64,000 nucleotides of DNA, taken from the NCBI RefSeq assembly GCF_965662665.1, contig NZ_CBFIIF010000012.1, forward strand, positions 3,098 through 67,097, read 5' to 3'. The first letter of the stretch is position 1; each line of letters begins with the position of its first letter. Positions 60,196 to 64,000 of the stretch are shown piece by piece. The position numbers and the translations under genes are program-made. The notes beneath the pieces were generated by a model, which did no database searches, was not told where the DNA came from, and saw nothing but the letters and a program-made list of their open reading frames with translations. The DNA is from Congregibacter sp. GTDB taxonomy: Bacteria; Pseudomonadota; Gammaproteobacteria; Pseudomonadales; Halieaceae.

Positions 60196-61749
60196 TTAAC
60201 GCGACACTGACAGCATGTATTCAGCCACTGCCAGACGAGTCTCTTCATCCAGATAATCCTGCTTGGGCATCTCTGGATAGTCTTCGCGCTTCTTCACCGG
60301 CGCTGCAATGTACTCCGCGAGGCCATGGGGATTTTCCATGTAAAGCGCTTGAATGATCTTTACAGGAGGCCCAATCATGCGACCTTCATAGGTGTGACAT
60401 CCCGCGCAAATCCCCAGGTAAGCAATCTTGCCGCGCTCGCCGGGCTCAATAACACGCGGCTCTACAGGTGGCATCAGGTAGTTGCCAATTGTCGTGGTAT
60501 GGGTGAAAGCACACTCTGCATAGTCATCGATACCCGAGTGAACATAACGGTGGCGATTGATAATGCAGCTCTCATTGCTTGGCCCAATAGCAAAGATATC
60601 TGGATTACCGGTCTTAAGATCCGCAAGCATGAGGCCTCTTATTTCGGGAATAGTCTCGTAGCCATTGTTATGCATGGTGTTGTTAAGAATCATCAGACGA
60701 TCAGAATTGGGATCGGCTTCGGGATCCACGGTCACGTTGGTCAGCTCCGCCGCCGTGTTGTGATCTACCGTCATAATTCCAACGGTCTTGTTGTTGGTAA
60801 TGATGTTGCCTTCAATCACCACATCATCTGCCGCCATGATCATGATGCCCGTGCCCGCAGGGATACCTCCCACCGTCGAACCCGGCGCACCAAAGTTTGG
60901 CGTATTGTTGTCTGAGATCCAGTTGTTACGAATGATGACGTCGTAGGTCGTCTTAATCGGCAGCCCCGGAGTAATGAACGCGAGGACACCACCGGTGTTG
61001 TTGTATACAAAGTTGCTCTCTACGATCGCGTGACGGCTATTTTCGATCTCGATACCCGCGACACTGTCGAAGACTTCGTTGTACGCCACGTGAATGTTGT
61101 CACTCATGCCCACGTAAATCGCTGCATCCTCGATGCCAGAGACCACGTTGTGCTCAACCACACCGTTGGTGCCCAGCTGCGGGAAGATGCCGTAAACACC
61201 GGTATCTACAATAATGTTGTCGCGGATCTCAAAATTATTGCCCGCCTGACTCATGATCGCATTGCCTTTGTATTTGGTGATCAGGAATCCTTCGACAACG
61301 ATGTTGTTACCAGAGAACAGGATGGCATCGTTCAAGGTGCCTTCACCATGCAGCGTCGCGCGCTTGGAACCCTCGACAATACCGATCAGGCGAATACCAT
61401 CTTTGTCGATATAGACCGTCTCGCTATAAGTACCAGGCATCACGTGAATCGTGGTTCCGGGCTCGGCAGCTTTTACAGCTTCCTGAATCGACTCGCCATC
61501 CTTAACAGTGACGACCACATCAGACATCGGCGGCCCTGCAACAAACTTGCTGCTGCCCTGCACCATGAATTCTTTGGCTGCAGCAACATCCGCGTCGCTT
61601 GCACCGACCGCGGTGCTGCCACCATAAGCCGCGCCACTGCCGGCAGTGGTAATCACCGGCGCTGATCCGCCAGCTTTCTTGCCGAATTGAAGGCCTGCCA
61701 CGAACGCGACGGCGATCAAGACCACGGCCAAAACTCTTCCTATACTCAT
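60196..61749 (-). CDS. Exported parallel beta-helix protein with a C-terminal monoheme cytochrome c
   Basis: N-terminal TM/signal, SIQEAV..A.PG.TI...PG.Y.E, repeats GIEDAAIYVG and GIEIENS, NNTPNFG; C-terminal CAGCH...GP...MP. Confidence 0.88.
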   Translation of the reverse strand: MSIGRVLAVVLIAVAFVAGLQFGKKAGGSAPVITTAGSGAAYGGSTAVGASDADVAAAKEFMVQGSSKFVAGPPMSDVVVTVKDGESIQEAVKAAEPGTTIHVMPGTYSETVYIDKDGIRLIGIVEGSKRATLHGEGTLNDAILFSGNNIVVEGFLITKYKGNAIMSQAGNNFEIRDNIIVDTGVYGIFPQLGTNGVVEHNVVSGIEDAAIYVGMSDNIHVAYNEVFDSVAGIEIENSRHAIVESNFVYNNTGGVLAFITPGLPIKTTYDVIIRNNWISDNNTPNFGAPGSTVGGIPAGTGIMIMAADDVVIEGNIITNNKTVGIMTVDHNTAAELTNVTVDPEADPNSDRLMILNNTMHNNGYETIPEIRGLMLADLKTGNPDIFAIGPSNESCIINRHRYVHSGIDDYAECAFTHTTTIGNYLMPPVEPRVIEPGERGKIAYLGICAGCHTYEGRMIGPPVKIIQALYMENPHGLAEYIAAPVKKREDYPEMPKQDYLDEETRLAVAEYMLSVSR

Positions 61750-63110
61750 GATGATGCTCCCAAAGGATCTAACGTTTGATCTTCTGAACCATCGGCTACT
61801 GCAGCCGCGGTCTGTGAAGTGTTATTGCTATTGTTGAAATCAGTGAGCGGCGAAACGCCGATCGGTGTTAAACCGGAGGGAACCCGACGGGGAATCTCCG
61901 GGGTAAAAGTTTCGTCAGTGAGAGCGCCCAAAAAATCCACCAGACGATCAAGCTCTTCGTCAGTCAGGTTTGGCTCCCAGATATGCCAGTGGATGTGCAT
62001 ATCAACGCCCTCGGGTACCGCGTGGCCACGGCCGCCTGTGTAAAACTCCACGGCCTCTCGCAGTGTTCCAAAGCGCCCGGAGTGCATGTAGGGTGCAGTC
62101 TTAGCGATATTGCGCAAGGTAGGGACTTTGAAACCACCCTTCATCTTGGGCGCGTTCCAGGTCGCTTCGGCGCCAATATCCAAAGGTAAGCCCGCAGGCT
62201 CGGGGGAGCCGATGACTGCAACCTGCTGGTTGGTGAACAGCGGCGGTGTATGGCACTCGGCGCAGCGGGCAACAAAGGATCGAAAAACGTTCATGCCCTC
62301 AATTTCCTTATCGCTCAGCGCAGCGTGATAGCCGTGGGCGTATCGATCGTAGCGGCTGTTTAGTGATATCAGCGATGTCTGAAAGGCCGCCAGGGAAATG
62401 TAAACCTGCTGAAGGCTGATCTCATCCAATTGCCCGTCAGGAAAAGCCTGGCGGAACAGTCGACGGTACTCTTCACTGCCATGAAGGGTCGAGAGTAACT
62501 GTGCGGGGTTGTTACCCATCTCTTCGGGAGAGTACAGCGGCCCCTGGGCCTGCTCTTCGAGACTGTCCGCTCGGGCATCCCAAAACAGATTTTTTAGAAA
62601 GGCCACATTCCAGAGCGTGGGCGAAGACCGCTTCACTTCGTGGCCGGCAACACCCACAGCCCTGGCGCGACCATCACTAAAACCCAGATCAGGGTGGTGA
62701 CAGCTTGCGCACGACGTTGAGCCGTCGCCGGAGAGCGCGGGATCAAAAAACAGGTAGCGACCCAGGTCTATTTGCTCGGGACTAAAACCATCGCGATGCT
62801 CGGGTAAGGCTGTTTGGGTTCCGCCGACCCCCTGACCCTGCAGAGAGTCGTAGAACTGGTACATATTGCGCAGTTCGCAAAGGCCCTCGCCGGTTTTTTC
62901 AAAACTCGGGGGGCAATGATCGCTGAGCTCGATTTCTGTTGGAGTGACGGCTTGTTGGCCGGGCGCTGCACCTGCTTCGTAGGCGCTCAGTGCAGCAGCG
63001 ACAACTTGTGCGCCACTGCCTGAACGCGCAAGGTCGTTTGAATTGGCGGCCATTACCGCCAATCCCGCAACCGCGACGCCCATCGCGCCTATAAAGAGCC
63101 TGCTGTTCAT
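61746..63110 (-). CDS. Di-heme cytochrome c peroxidase/MauG-family protein
   Basis: LGRYLFFDP.LS, CASCH, PTLWN, FWD.RA, CAECH, FKVPTLRNIAKTAPYMH.G. Confidence 0.92.
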   Translation of the reverse strand: MNSRLFIGAMGVAVAGLAVMAANSNDLARSGSGAQVVAAALSAYEAGAAPGQQAVTPTEIELSDHCPPSFEKTGEGLCELRNMYQFYDSLQGQGVGGTQTALPEHRDGFSPEQIDLGRYLFFDPALSGDGSTSCASCHHPDLGFSDGRARAVGVAGHEVKRSSPTLWNVAFLKNLFWDARADSLEEQAQGPLYSPEEMGNNPAQLLSTLHGSEEYRRLFRQAFPDGQLDEISLQQVYISLAAFQTSLISLNSRYDRYAHGYHAALSDKEIEGMNVFRSFVARCAECHTPPLFTNQQVAVIGSPEPAGLPLDIGAEATWNAPKMKGGFKVPTLRNIAKTAPYMHSGRFGTLREAVEFYTGGRGHAVPEGVDMHIHWHIWEPNLTDEELDRLVDFLGALTDETFTPEIPRRVPSGLTPIGVSPLTDFNNSNNTSQTAAAVADGSEDQTLDPLGASS

Positions 63111-63739
63111 TGCGACAAGAGGAACCCGATAACATCATCCACGTCTTTTTCCGTGGACAGCATCGTCGCCATCATCTGCATTTGACGGCCCAGACGGTCA
63201 TCTTCATGAGAGCCCCGAATACCCTCGGCAAAATTTTCGTACTGGCGACGCAGGTAAGCCGCATCCAGCCCCGCTAATCGGGGTGCGTTCATGCTGCTAT
63301 TTCCTTTACCACCGGGACCATGGCAGGCACCGCAAGACGCGTTGTACTGCACCTCGCCGTTACGTTGATCGTGGTCCACAGCCACCGGGCCCGTCGTTTG
63401 TGGGAGCGTGCTTATATAAGCAGCAACATTGGCCACGGCCGCATCATCGGGCAGAAGCGCCGCCATGCCCTGCATTTGTTTACCGAGAAGGTCCCGGGAG
63501 TCGCTGCCACGAACCCCGGACTTAAAATACTTGAGTTGACGCTCCAGATAAGCGGCATCCTGACCAGTCAGTGCCGGCGCATTCATTGCCGCGATACCCG
63601 CAGCATCGGCCCCATGACAGGCAACACAGGGTGCGTAGAGTGACTTGCCGATTTCGCTGTCTGCTGCCCAGGACGTTGGCGCGGCGATAGCCACCAAAAG
63701 AACGGCCATCCGCAAAAGTGTGCGTCTCATTTCTATCAT
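63107..63739 (-). CDS. Di-heme cytochrome c4-like protein
   Basis: Signal peptide; CVACH and CGACH, each followed by P.L.G..A.YL..Q...F..G.R and a distal Met; ATGA overlap with the peroxidase gene. Confidence 0.92.
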   Translation of the reverse strand: MIEMRRTLLRMAVLLVAIAAPTSWAADSEIGKSLYAPCVACHGADAAGIAAMNAPALTGQDAAYLERQLKYFKSGVRGSDSRDLLGKQMQGMAALLPDDAAVANVAAYISTLPQTTGPVAVDHDQRNGEVQYNASCGACHGPGGKGNSSMNAPRLAGLDAAYLRRQYENFAEGIRGSHEDDRLGRQMQMMATMLSTEKDVDDVIGFLLSQ

Positions 63740-63904
63740 TGTGTTTTTCCAAGCCGCAGTTAGCTGCGGACTCAAAGCCCGAAAGTTGGCTCATTGTCGT
63801 CATTTTGACCGGCAAATCTGCCTCATTTCAGGAATCCGTCAGCTTTAGAGACGGTATTTTTGGAAAAACGGCGCTTTTTTGACCTCTTTGCGCGAACTCC
63901 TGGC

Positions 63905-64000
63905 TTAACCGGACGCCTCGGCAGAAAGGCTCTGGGTCGTGCTCGCGATCCCACCACTCGCAGTTTGCCCCCGAAGCCGCTGTGCTTTTCGCCAGGCAGT
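63905..64000 (-). CDS. Possible 3' end of an upstream gene (partial)
   Basis: Open frame TAWRKAQRLRG...EASG* runs off the window edge; no motif recognised. Confidence 0.25.
   Translation of the reverse strand, partial: TAWRKAQRLRGQTASGGIASTTQSLSAEASG

Overview
Bacterial chromosome segment, most likely from a marine gammaproteobacterium. Gene order and content fit the OM60/NOR5 (Halieaceae) group; this is an inference, since no rRNA is present. 1-11.3 kb is a conserved core block (carA-carB-greA, yhbY, rlmE-ftsH-folP-glmM-tpiA), with a leader peptide and terminator attenuator in front of carA. 11.5-26.4 kb is an acyl-CoA/beta-oxidation cluster containing an unannotated ~130-165 nt structured RNA-like element with two GGA hairpins. 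27.8-39.6 kb is mixed: an orphan crtD, a P450, an ATP-grasp enzyme, a lipid-anchored HiPIP, hrpB, a broken SDR and a haloalkane dehalogenase. 41.3-50.3 kb holds the best candidate for an undescribed system, a tightly coupled membrane-lipid operon: a membrane-anchored class III PLP enzyme, a PHP-phosphoesterase/GT4 glycosyltransferase fusion, a phosphatidylserine decarboxylase, an Mpo1-like protein and DUF2971. A nearby acyltransferase and the operon are each preceded by Pho-box-like 11-bp repeats. 50.4-57.6 kb has two molybdopterin enzymes, an omega-aminotransferase and a DNA glycosylase. 57.6-63.8 kb is a second candidate system: a di-heme cytochrome c, a MauG/CcP-like di-heme enzyme, a beta-helix/cytochrome c fusion and a TonB-dependent receptor that carries one in-frame stop. 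I recognised no tRNA, rRNA, CRISPR array, transposase or prophage. All family assignments come from motif recognition, not database searches.
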